From IMG/VR virus record IMGVR_UViG_3300027365_000012: DNA of 64,000 bases; one strand, written 5' to 3'. Both the position numbers and the translations under genes were made by a program. Shown piece by piece: positions 46,647-56,100 of this stretch; position 1 is the stretch's first letter; every line of letters starts with the position of its first letter. The notes under the pieces were generated by a model. It saw nothing but the letters and a program-made list of their open reading frames with translations, was not told the DNA's origin and searched no databases. The DNA comes from an uncultured virus (IMG/VR IMGVR_UViG_3300027365_000012). Lineage: Duplodnaviria; Heunggongvirae; Uroviricota; Caudoviricetes.

Positions 46647-49600
46647 TTCATTGCTCCTATAACCATAATTTGGACGATTTCTCCTGGTGGGGCCATGGCT
46701 CCAAACCTGTACGAACCAGGCATAAGCCGGACAGACGTGAAACCAGTCCCCCCATAGTAATAAGAAATGTTATCACCAACACCAGTCGTCCGTACAAGGC
46801 CCAGCGGGCCAATAGAAAGTTCATGAATAATTCCGGTACCGGTAGGCGCGAGAATAAAGAACTGCATGTTACGGTCGTCCGCTATCGCACTCACGGTGGC
46901 GAAAATAGAAACCGTAGTAGGCTCGTATACGGTGTATATCACTGACGCTTTCATATCTGAGTAGGGGGCGGGAAACGAGACGTTACCCAGCACAGCCGAG
47001 TAGGGTATGGTTACGGCGTTGTCCTTGATCTTCAGGGTATCTACAGCCAGGTCAGCGATCTTGGCGCTGGTGATCTGCGCGTCAGCGATCTTGGCGCTGG
47101 TGATCTGCGCGTCAGCGATCTTGGCGCTGGTGATCTGCGCGTCAGCGATCTTGGCGCTGGTGATCTGCGCGTCAGCGATCTTGGCGCTGGTGATCTGCGC
47201 GTTGCCAATCTTTGCTGTGGTGATAGACGCATCGCCGATCTTGGCTGTGTTGATCGAGCCGTCTCGGATCAGCGCGTCCTGAATCACTGTCTGGCCGTTG
47301 ACTACGGCGAACGCCAGGGTGTACGTGCCGCCAGCCGGGTTGTAGATGTAGAAGCGGTCTGCGATGGCCCCGATTTCTGCCACCGTGCCGTCCACCGAGA
47401 TGCCGAACACAGCTTTCTTTCCATTCACCGTGGCGGTGGTCACCGCCCGGGCCACTGCCCCATCGGTGTAGGACGTCTGGGCAGTGAACTGCTGGTAAAC
47501 CGAGGCGAACTGGTCGTTGGTGGATGACGTCAGGGTGTCGATACGAGTGGACAGAGCGCCGTCGGCGTCTGCCCTGGCCGTCGCCTCAGAGGCGATGGCT
47601 GCGGTGATGTCGTTGTCGACCGTTGCCTTAAGTTGAGTGATCTGGGTAGCCAGTGCAGAGTCTGCGTCTGCCCTGGCCGTCGCCTCAGAGGCGATGGCTG
47701 CGGTGATGTCGTTGTCGACCGTTGCCTTAAGTTGAGTGATCTGGGTAGCCAGCGCGCTATCTGCATCAGCGCGAGCTGCTGCCTCTGAGGTAATCTGCGC
47801 CTGGATATCGTCACCCACCTGGACCTCAAGGGTGTCGATCCGAGTAGCGATGGCTTGGTCAGCGCTGGCCAGCGTAGTCAGCTCCTGTGTCACCGTTGCT
47901 TTGTTGGTGTCGAACTCCGACTGCAGGGTGGTGATACGGGTGGCCAGAGCGCTGTCCTCGTCCGCTCGGGTCGCCTCCTCCGTGGTCGCGCGGGCTGAGT
48001 TGCCTTCGTGCAGGGCGACGGTCGCCAGGTACCGCACGGTCTCCATCTCGTTCATCATCTCGAGATTGGTGACACCCACGGCGAGGTTGTCGACGGCCCC
48101 GTCGAGCAGCGTCATTTCGGCCTTTGCTCCGGCTAGGTCCGTGCGAATCACATCCAGGTCGGCCTGAACAATGGCAGCTACCTCGTCAGCTACCACTTCG
48201 GCTACAGACGCCTTGGACGCCTCCACCATCTCCTCAAACAGTCCGCCGGGCTTGCGGATGTCGGTGTCTACGGCGTCGAGGATGTCGTCGAAATCTTCAA
48301 GCGTGGTCGCCTGCACCGGGTACCAGGCTGACAGGCCGTAGGCGTTCGAGCCGCGGACGTAGTAGAAATACTGGGTTCCGGAGCGAAGCCCTGCATCCAC
48401 CAGGTCAGTGGAGACGCTGAGACGCACCGCGTTGCTTTCGATCTGCGCGTCGGTAAGTGCCGTGGCGGATCTCCAGAACTCGTAGACCGCACCCGGGTAG
48501 GCGCTTCGCGGGTACAAGGCAACGCTGAACGTCGCCACGCTCACATCTACGCTGTCCGGCGGAGTGGGCAGCAGAAGGTTGGATATTTGAATGGTTCTGG
48601 AGACCCACGGCGAGGAGCGGCCGGTGGAAGTCACCGCCTTCAGTCTGAACATCCACTGGCCAGCGCCGGCGTCCGACTCGTCGAAAGAGGTGCCTGCGCC
48701 GACGTACAGCGTGCGGAACGAAACGTCAGTAGGGCCTTGGGCCTCTAGGATGTACTCAGTGACCCGGACATCCTTGCTCGGTGTCCAGCCGATGGTGATC
48801 CGCTGGTGTTCGACCCCGCCTGCCAGGTACTTGTTGGCGACTGCCGTGATGTCCATTGGCGAGGCCACCGGGCCGCTGGGAAGGTAGCTGTTCTGCGTCT
48901 CTGGTATTTGCAGCCCTAGCTCAACCTTCGAATACTTGTTCGGGTCGTGCTCAGTGGCGGTCACCGTGTAGACGGGCTCGTCCGGGTCCTCGTCGACGGA
49001 TACCACACGGTACAGTGGCAGCGTCACAGATAAGCTGGCCAGGACCCACACGGCGCCGGCCAGCGGGGCTACACTCAGCGGCTCGAGCAGGGTCACCTGA
49101 TCGCCTGCAAACGACTTGACCTGCTTACACTCGATGGATCCTGACGGAAGGACAACAGAGAGGAACCAAGTGTCGCTGGACACCTGCTCTGGCACCTTGT
49201 CCAGGGTAAGCTCTGAAGTTCCAGGAATCGTCACCCTCCCGCCCATCCTGGCGCCGGCGCGATCCGGATCTGCGACCTGGATGAACTCACCAGGGCGCAG
49301 GTCTGCGTGGTCTGCTGATGCTCGGTAGGTAAGGGTTTGGGTCTCCATTCGCTCGGAATAGAGGATCCACATACCAAGGCGCCGTGCCTGTCCCCGTGAG
49401 GTGCACCCAAGGGCGGTAACCTGCGTCTCCCGCCAGCCGAACAGCTCGATGCTGTCCGGGTCCTCGACGAATTCTGGCTTCTGCTTGTAATTGTCGTCAG
49501 GGTCGTTCCACATGACGATCGCTACGGAGTGGCGCTCACGCAGCGATGTGCCGGAGTATTCGAAGTCGCCGTCTATCGCGTTCGCCGGGGTGACCAACTT

Positions 49601-50725
49601 GACCGGGTCTGCGGGCATGTCGGCCACCGGCACGATGCTGTCTGACCCCCAGTACGACATCCCGCGAAACACCGACGCGAGGTTGGACAGGACGGTGTTC
49701 GCCTCCTCGCGGGTGTTGAAGATGGTGTTGACGGTAAACCGCGGCTCCATGCCGCCATAGCCGTCAGGGACTAGCTCGTCGCAGTATTTTCCGATGGCAT
49801 AGAGGGCCCACTTATCGACGTTCTTTACGTTGGCGCCGATGACAGGGTGTGTGGCCAAGTCGTAAAAAACCCAGGCGGGGTTGTCGGTCCAGGCCTGCTT
49901 GAAGGAGCCGTCCCAGATGCCGGTATATTCCCTGGTTTCTGGGTCGTAGTTGCTTGGGACGCTGATGATGCTGAGCTTGACGTCGTAAGTCCGGGACGGC
50001 AGCTGCGAGCCGAACAGAGAGGCATCGACCTCGATCCCTACCAGCGCGCTGTCCGGGTAGCTCAGCTTGGCGTCAACCACCTCCACCATGGTGGCCCAGC
50101 TCATCTGATCGCGGATGTATTGGCTGGTTGACTCCTTGGAGGTGCGGCGCACGCGGATATCGAACGGCCCGTTTCCATCCAGCGGCACTCTGTAGGACCG
50201 TTGATACGGGGAGGTTGTCTTACCTATGACCGTATCGGATACCGCAGTGCGCCAGGCCCCTCCGGCTGCCTGCACGTCGATGGCTACCGGCACCGAGTAG
50301 CCATTCATATCCCCGCTGCTTGCGCTGGACTCGCTGAGCGCAGAGAGCTGAACGGTCACGACCACGGCATCAGCCTCGTCGTTCGATACTCGGCGGACGA
50401 CGGGAGTGTCGTACTTGACCTCCGTGTTGATCTCAATAGAGTTCTCTACGGCCGGGAACCCAGGAACGTAGTCCTGGTCAGGGTATCCCTCTCTGGTATG
50501 TACCGTTACTCCTGAGAAGTTGAACGAACCGTCTGCGTTCTGCAGCGGCGTGTCGTCCAGCTCGACGGACTGCAGCCCGTTCACCAAGCCGACGATCGGA
50601 CCGTGCGCGATAAGGTCAAGGATGCGTCCCTGGGTTTTGCTACGGAGCGTGTTAGGGGCTTCGACCGGCGTACGCTGCTTCTTTGACCCGCCTCCGCCGC
50701 CGGCGCCGTGAATGGCCTGGATCAC
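46643..50725 (-). CDS. central tail fibre / host specificity protein J (TipJ)
   Basis: GPIVGL, YPDSALVG, AWTDNPAW, GCTSRGQARRLG; FN3-like and coiled-coil regions. Confidence 0.92.
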   Translation of the reverse strand: MIQAIHGAGGGGGSKKQRTPVEAPNTLRSKTQGRILDLIAHGPIVGLVNGLQSVELDDTPLQNADGSFNFSGVTVHTREGYPDQDYVPGFPAVENSIEINTEVKYDTPVVRRVSNDEADAVVVTVQLSALSESSASSGDMNGYSVPVAIDVQAAGGAWRTAVSDTVIGKTTSPYQRSYRVPLDGNGPFDIRVRRTSKESTSQYIRDQMSWATMVEVVDAKLSYPDSALVGIEVDASLFGSQLPSRTYDVKLSIISVPSNYDPETREYTGIWDGSFKQAWTDNPAWVFYDLATHPVIGANVKNVDKWALYAIGKYCDELVPDGYGGMEPRFTVNTIFNTREEANTVLSNLASVFRGMSYWGSDSIVPVADMPADPVKLVTPANAIDGDFEYSGTSLRERHSVAIVMWNDPDDNYKQKPEFVEDPDSIELFGWRETQVTALGCTSRGQARRLGMWILYSERMETQTLTYRASADHADLRPGEFIQVADPDRAGARMGGRVTIPGTSELTLDKVPEQVSSDTWFLSVVLPSGSIECKQVKSFAGDQVTLLEPLSVAPLAGAVWVLASLSVTLPLYRVVSVDEDPDEPVYTVTATEHDPNKYSKVELGLQIPETQNSYLPSGPVASPMDITAVANKYLAGGVEHQRITIGWTPSKDVRVTEYILEAQGPTDVSFRTLYVGAGTSFDESDAGAGQWMFRLKAVTSTGRSSPWVSRTIQISNLLLPTPPDSVDVSVATFSVALYPRSAYPGAVYEFWRSATALTDAQIESNAVRLSVSTDLVDAGLRSGTQYFYYVRGSNAYGLSAWYPVQATTLEDFDDILDAVDTDIRKPGGLFEEMVEASKASVAEVVADEVAAIVQADLDVIRTDLAGAKAEMTLLDGAVDNLAVGVTNLEMMNEMETVRYLATVALHEGNSARATTEEATRADEDSALATRITTLQSEFDTNKATVTQELTTLASADQAIATRIDTLEVQVGDDIQAQITSEAAARADADSALATQITQLKATVDNDITAAIASEATARADADSALATQITQLKATVDNDITAAIASEATARADADGALSTRIDTLTSSTNDQFASVYQQFTAQTSYTDGAVARAVTTATVNGKKAVFGISVDGTVAEIGAIADRFYIYNPAGGTYTLAFAVVNGQTVIQDALIRDGSINTAKIGDASITTAKIGNAQITSAKIADAQITSAKIADAQITSAKIADAQITSAKIADAQITSAKIADLAVDTLKIKDNAVTIPYSAVLGNVSFPAPYSDMKASVIYTVYEPTTVSIFATVSAIADDRNMQFFILAPTGTGIIHELSIGPLGLVRTTGVGDNISYYYGGTGFTSVRLMPGSYRFGAMAPPGEIVQIMVIGAMK
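47051..47200. repeat. five perfect tandem copies of a 30-bp unit (AQITSAKIAD)
   Basis: GTCAGCGATCTTGGCGCTGGTGATCTGCGC x5. Confidence 0.97.
47565..47752. repeat. 89-bp identical direct repeat, 99-bp period
   Basis: 47565-47653 equals 47664-47752. Confidence 0.9.
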
Positions 50726-51282
50726 AGGGGGACCTCCTCGGCGAACAGTCCGGCACTGATGACGATGCTGCCTACCTTGAGGCGGCCGTATCCGCGCGGA
50801 ACAGCTCCTCCCTGCTTCGACCTATTCGAGGGTCCGTTGAACAGGTAGGAGGCTCGCTCATCGACTCCCTGCATTTCGTCCATATCCACTCCAGGCATTG
50901 CCGTGGTCAGCTGGACGATCCCCCCTACGGTCATTCCAACGCCCATTCCGACAAGGGCCGCATTACCTGTCATGACGCCGGCCACAACCAGGACAGCTCC
51001 AACGATCGTACTGACCCACCCGCTGTTGGCCCCTTCGATGGCCGGGATGAAGTGAATCTCGCCGTACGTGCCGAGGGTCACCTCCAAGCTCTTCTCGTCG
51101 ACTTCGTCTCGACCCTCGAGGGGGCCACGAACGATGTGCCAGTTACCAGCCCTGATAACCTGGGAGAACCCTGGAAGCTGTACGGCCAAGGCCCGTGCGG
51201 CTTCCTGTGGGGTGTCGACGTCGAGGCGGAATGACGCCCCGAACCGCTCACCGAGGTGGCCGTGGAGGTAGACCGTCCTCAC
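50722..51282 (-). CDS. tail assembly protein I-like
   Basis: VYLHGHLGERFG...SYLFNGP...VPRGYG...GSIVISAG. Confidence 0.88.
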   Translation of the reverse strand: MRTVYLHGHLGERFGASFRLDVDTPQEAARALAVQLPGFSQVIRAGNWHIVRGPLEGRDEVDEKSLEVTLGTYGEIHFIPAIEGANSGWVSTIVGAVLVVAGVMTGNAALVGMGVGMTVGGIVQLTTAMPGVDMDEMQGVDERASYLFNGPSNRSKQGGAVPRGYGRLKVGSIVISAGLFAEEVPL

Positions 51283-51995
51283 CCTGCGTACCTCAGCCAG
51301 TGGGTTATGTGGCGCCGGTAGCGGAAGACTGGCTCACGGACCGACAGTTTCGATAGCTCTACGGGCACCTTGCCGCCCGGCTGATGGAGGATGAGTTCGT
51401 CCTCGAGCAATATCCCGCCGTGGTTCGGCGTGTCGCTCCTGATCTGTGCAAGCCAAACGTCGCCAGGCCTCGCGTCGTCCTCGTCGATGCGGACGAAGCC
51501 AGCCCTCGGGAAGCCATCCACGAAGTGGGTCTCGCCGGCCTCCCACCAGAGCCAATCCCTCGGAAACTCCTGCAGCGTTACCCCTCGCTTGAGGCGGTAG
51601 TAGTCCCGGATGAGGGAATAGCAGTCGGCCGTTCCGTGCCTGAATCCTCGGCCAATTAACGGCTGCATCTCTACGCCAGGGCCCCACCACACGCTGTCGG
51701 AGCAGACCACTCCGTCTGTGGCTACGATGCCCCACGGTACTGCCGTGTTGATCTGGCCCTGCATATCAGCAGCGGAAGGAGCTGCGATGTTGCTCGGGTG
51801 ACTGTGCACCACAGCCAGCAGACCGGCGGACATCGCGCGCCGGGCACCGGCTTCAGAGATAGAGAAGAAGTTCTCCGGGTCTTCGTGGACGTTCTCTACT
51901 TGCTGGCAACCGCCTTTGGTGATCAACCACACCGCCTCTCGCGGAAACGCTTCGATCGCCTGTGCCTTGATCTGGTCAAAATGCGCGTCGAACAT
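51279..51995 (-). CDS. tail assembly protein K-like (JAB + NlpC/P60)
   Basis: PRE, HSHP, PSAAD, DCYSLIRDYY, PNHGG. Confidence 0.9.
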   Translation of the reverse strand: MFDAHFDQIKAQAIEAFPREAVWLITKGGCQQVENVHEDPENFFSISEAGARRAMSAGLLAVVHSHPSNIAAPSAADMQGQINTAVPWGIVATDGVVCSDSVWWGPGVEMQPLIGRGFRHGTADCYSLIRDYYRLKRGVTLQEFPRDWLWWEAGETHFVDGFPRAGFVRIDEDDARPGDVWLAQIRSDTPNHGGILLEDELILHQPGGKVPVELSKLSVREPVFRYRRHITHWLRYAG

Positions 51996-51996
51996 G

Positions 51997-52701
51997 CTAG
52001 AACCTGTCCACTCCAGGAAAGCCGTAGAACGGCAGCACTGCGTTGTCGCCGAAGTGGCGTTTGCAGTCAGATATGCGCTTACCGCACTTCGCCTGGCTGG
52101 GGTCTGAGGTGCTCTCCCCGTTGACCTTGAACATGGCAGAGCCGGTGTAGGGGCATGTGACGCCGTCGTAATTCCACCGACCGTTGGCCCAGAAACGGAA
52201 ACGGTGCGTGCACGAGTCCCGCAGTACCTGCCTGTTCGGGATCATCCGCCCCTGCTGGTCCATCGGGGCGGACAGCTCGAACTGAATCTGCCGGCGCTTC
52301 TGCAGAACCTTCCTCTCAATCACGTAGTTGTCAGGAAGGAACATGGCCTCCGGGTTGGGCGTCTTCCCGTCGTCCAGGTACTTTCGATAGGTGCGGATTC
52401 GCGTCACTGGGCAGCCGATGAGGTCGTCTGCGTTGATCACCAGGCTAAGGAACACCAGGTCCTTGGCAGCGAGGGTCAGGGTGGGCCTGGGCATAGGGCC
52501 GTTACCCTTCCAGGTAAACCCCTCTGCCTTTATCGGGAGCGGCTGATACACATACCCGTTGAAAGAGATCGGCTGCCCGTCCACGGAGCTGTTGGAAAAC
52601 CGAAGGATTCCGTCGCCAAATTTCCTCGCGTCAAGCTCGAACATCTGGACGATCGCGTCCTGCTCGAGCAGCTGTCTGTCGGTGGCGATGAGATCGGACA
52701 T
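51997..52701 (-). CDS. minor tail protein L-like
   Basis: PRPTLT, RTYRKYLD, C...C...CGKRISDC, FYGFPG. Confidence 0.9.
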   Translation of the reverse strand: MSDLIATDRQLLEQDAIVQMFELDARKFGDGILRFSNSSVDGQPISFNGYVYQPLPIKAEGFTWKGNGPMPRPTLTLAAKDLVFLSLVINADDLIGCPVTRIRTYRKYLDDGKTPNPEAMFLPDNYVIERKVLQKRRQIQFELSAPMDQQGRMIPNRQVLRDSCTHRFRFWANGRWNYDGVTCPYTGSAMFKVNGESTSDPSQAKCGKRISDCKRHFGDNAVLPFYGFPGVDRF

Positions 52702-52763
52702 ATCGTTCAGGGTGGTTGCGGTGGCCCAACCTTAGCCGAAACCTGTATTTCTGTAAATACAGG

Positions 52764-53105
52764 TCAGGGGTTGAAATCCTGAACGAAAGACGCCGAGAGA
52801 ACATCGTCGTTGTAGTTGTTCCTAACCAGGCTGACTGACTTGCAGACGACCTTCACCTGTCTCCCGTCTGGGTGGTTCCACAGGAACGCTGTCAAGTCCT
52901 TCCTCTGCTTCAGCCAGTCATAGGTGCTCAATGCCTCCTCGTGGGTGAGGAACGACCAGACTGGGTCCCATTTGTCACGAAGGTGGTTGATTCCGTTGGC
53001 CTGACGCAGCTCGTATCCGTCCCCGAAAGAAATCTTGGTGACTGACGCATCTACGTCCTCGGTCAACCCCCAGTCTGGGGTTCCGATATCCGGGAAAGTG
53101 TCCAT
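52764..53105 (-). CDS. minor tail protein M-like
   Basis: FGDGYELRQANGIN, AFLWNHP. Confidence 0.88.
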   Translation of the reverse strand: MDTFPDIGTPDWGLTEDVDASVTKISFGDGYELRQANGINHLRDKWDPVWSFLTHEEALSTYDWLKQRKDLTAFLWNHPDGRQVKVVCKSVSLVRNNYNDDVLSASFVQDFNP

Positions 53106-56100
53106 TACGCCCTCCGTTGATTCCTGATCCAAATGTCCAGTGCCCCGTTCGGGCGGGTCTGCTCCTGCAGGGTGTCCATCACGGTCTTGCGGACCGCGGC
53201 AGTGAGGTCACGAGCCTGCCTGTTCGCATCTCCCCCGGAGCCGCCGTCTGCAGTCTGTACGGTGATCTGCGGGGCCAGGGTGATGTTGTATTCCGCGCCG
53301 GAGCCTGCCAGCCGCTTGGCGGACTTCTCTCTGGACGTCACGTTGGCCGGGCCGTGCACGATCTCCGGTCCGTACTCGCCGACGATTCCGTAGGAGTTGT
53401 AGGGGATGAATCCGCCGTCGTCATAGGCGCCGGCGTAAGACCCGCTGCCAGAGTTGCCGCTCTTTCCGGCGAGCTGTCCGATGGACAACGCTGCCACCAG
53501 CCCGGCAGATGCGTAGCCCTGGGCTGTGATGAAGGAAGCCAGCGGGATACCCATCACCTTCATCGGGTCGCCGGGGATGGTCATGGCTTGGGCCGCTGCA
53601 AGGTGCGTGTACATCAGGATCTGGGCGATAGCCAGCGCCTTCTGCGCGACAAACGCGGCCTTCTGGGCAGCTGTCGCGTCCTCACCGACGCTTGCGAACA
53701 TACCGAGGATGTTCTCGGCGCTGCCGAGCATGGAAATCAAGGCCATCTGGCCCATTTGCTCGGCGTACTGTACCCGGGCCGTGTCTATGGCCCGGCTCTG
53801 ATCCGCGAAGGTTTGCTGGGCCTGCAACAGGGCCGAACTTTTTTCCTCCTCGAGCTGCTTTAGCCGCTCGGCGTGCTCTGACTCCTGCAGGAACTCGGCG
53901 TCCAGAGCCGCCTGCCTTGCCTCGAACTCCTTCTGGATGCGGTCAACGTCGTTTCCATATCCGGTAGACAGGTCGCCCTGCCGCTTGCCGTACTGCGACA
54001 ACCCCTGGGCCCGCTCGATCTCCACTCCCATCCAGTCGCTGAACGGCGTGGAGGAGGCTTCCCCAAGTTGGAGGTTGGCCGACGGTAGTCCGTTTGTTGC
54101 GCTTTCTGCCGCCTTTCGCCCGATCGACTCCTTGATACGCTGGTATTCCTCCAGGGAGACGTTGTTCTCCCTGAGCAGCCGATTCAGCTCGATCATGTCT
54201 GCCAGCGATTCCGAGAACGGCGAGTCCAGGTAGGACTCTCGCAGCTTCTCGAGCGACTGGTAGTTGGCGTTCTGCTCGATGGCCAGCTCGTAGTGGGCCT
54301 TACGCAGCTGCCAGATGGCCTTGGCCTTCTGCTCGGCTGTGATCTTTCCGTGCTTGTGTAGCAGGGTCAGTTGGGCCGTCTTCTCGTTGACCTCATCCAG
54401 CGACGCGCTGAGAGGATCTGCCTGCTTGCGCAGTGCGTCGTAGCTAGACTGCGCCTGCTTTAGGTCCTTCTCGAGCTGGCTATCGACCGAGGCCTTCTTG
54501 GCCGGCTTGCTGAGCTTTTCCTCGAGCGACGCAATGGCTTGCCGCAGCTGCAGCTCTTTCTTCAGGCGCTCAGCCTCAGCCACTGATGCTTCGGCGCCGA
54601 GCTGTCCGCCCTCGGCAATCAGCTGGTTGTTGATGACCCGCATCAGCATTACGTCGGCGAGGTCTTCTTTTAGTACGGCCAGGTTCTCTGCGTCGCTACG
54701 GTAGAAGTCCTCAAGGGCGCGGCGGGCGTCTGAAAGCGCTTGGGCTTCGGTGTCAGCTTCAGCCTGCAGTTCGGCCACCTTTTTGACGACCTCATCCCTG
54801 CGAGAGCTCAGCCTGTTGTACGTGTCTTGGCCGGGGCGTTGGCCGCCTGAGTCAATCGCTGCCTGGTCCTGCTTGGCCAGCGCGGCTATTTCGTTATCGA
54901 TGCGCAGCAGTTCGCCGCGGGCCGTGACCAGCTTCTGTGTGGCGCTGGCGCTGGCCTCTAGCTGCTTGGCCAGGGCCTCCTGGCCCTGCCTGGCGGCGTC
55001 CGCAGCAGCTATTTCTCCTAGAGACACCAGGTTCTCGCGTACTTCCACCACCTTGGTATTGGCCTGTGCGGCGGCGGCAAGCGCATCCTTCCAGGCCCTC
55101 TCCGCCGACGCAAGTGTTTCCATGTCGGCTGCAGAGACCGTCCCGGCTGCTGCCCTTGCGTCAAGGGAGGCCTTTGCCTCGGCGAAGCGCTCGTATGTCT
55201 CGACTACCTTCTGCGCCGCGGCAATCTGCGCGTCCTGGCTTTTCACCGCGTCCATGGCAGTGCTGCCCATCTCGGCCAGCTTTTTGCTGGTGGCCTCGAT
55301 ATGCTTTTCGAATTGCGTGATCTGGTAGTTGTTGGCCTCGATCATGGCCTGAAGAGAGGATCTGGTCGAGTCGTCAAGCCCAGCCCCCTTGGCATCGAGG
55401 CTTGACTGTATGCCGGAGTTCCTCTGCCGAAGCTCTTCGATGCTCTTTTGGTCGGCCTGGATATTGCCACGAAGCGCTTCCTTCTCCTTCTCCAAGGAGA
55501 CCTGCTTCATCTGGTCCTTGAGTTGTTCGTAGCTGGACTTGAGATTGTCGACCTCGCTGCGCTGGTCGATCAGGTCCTGGCGAGCATCAGAGCCGAAGGC
55601 TGCTTTACCGGCCTCGTAGATGCCCCAGATGAGGCCTACCCAGCCGAGCGCCCTGGACACGGCAGTCATGGCTACTGACAACCCTCCGAGGGCAGCTACA
55701 GCGCCCCTGGCGGTGCTGCTGACCACTGACAGGCTGGCTGCCAGTGGCTGGTTTGCTGCGTACTGCAGCCGAGCCGATGCTGCGGCCCTGGCTGCCGCCA
55801 GGTCAAATGCTTTGACGCTGGCAGCAGCAGTCCCGGCCTTGACCTTTAGCACGTCGTAGACGGTGCTGAGCTTGCCGAGGTCGCCCGCCAGCGCCCCTAC
55901 CAGGTTTCCCCCGACGGAGGCGGCCTTGAAGGCGATGAGTCCCGCTCCGACCATCCCAATGACCTTGGCAAGGCTCTCTGCTCGCTGAAGGATCATGTCG
56001 AGCTGGGAAATCGTGGATCCGTCAGCCAGGGTCTCGATCGGCTCGGTGAGCTGGACGAGCCACTGGGCCAGCCGCATAGACCCCTCGCGCATCTTCATCT

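Noticed and set aside
47051..47200. CRISPR array
   Set aside because: Contiguous repeats without spacers, in frame within the J gene.
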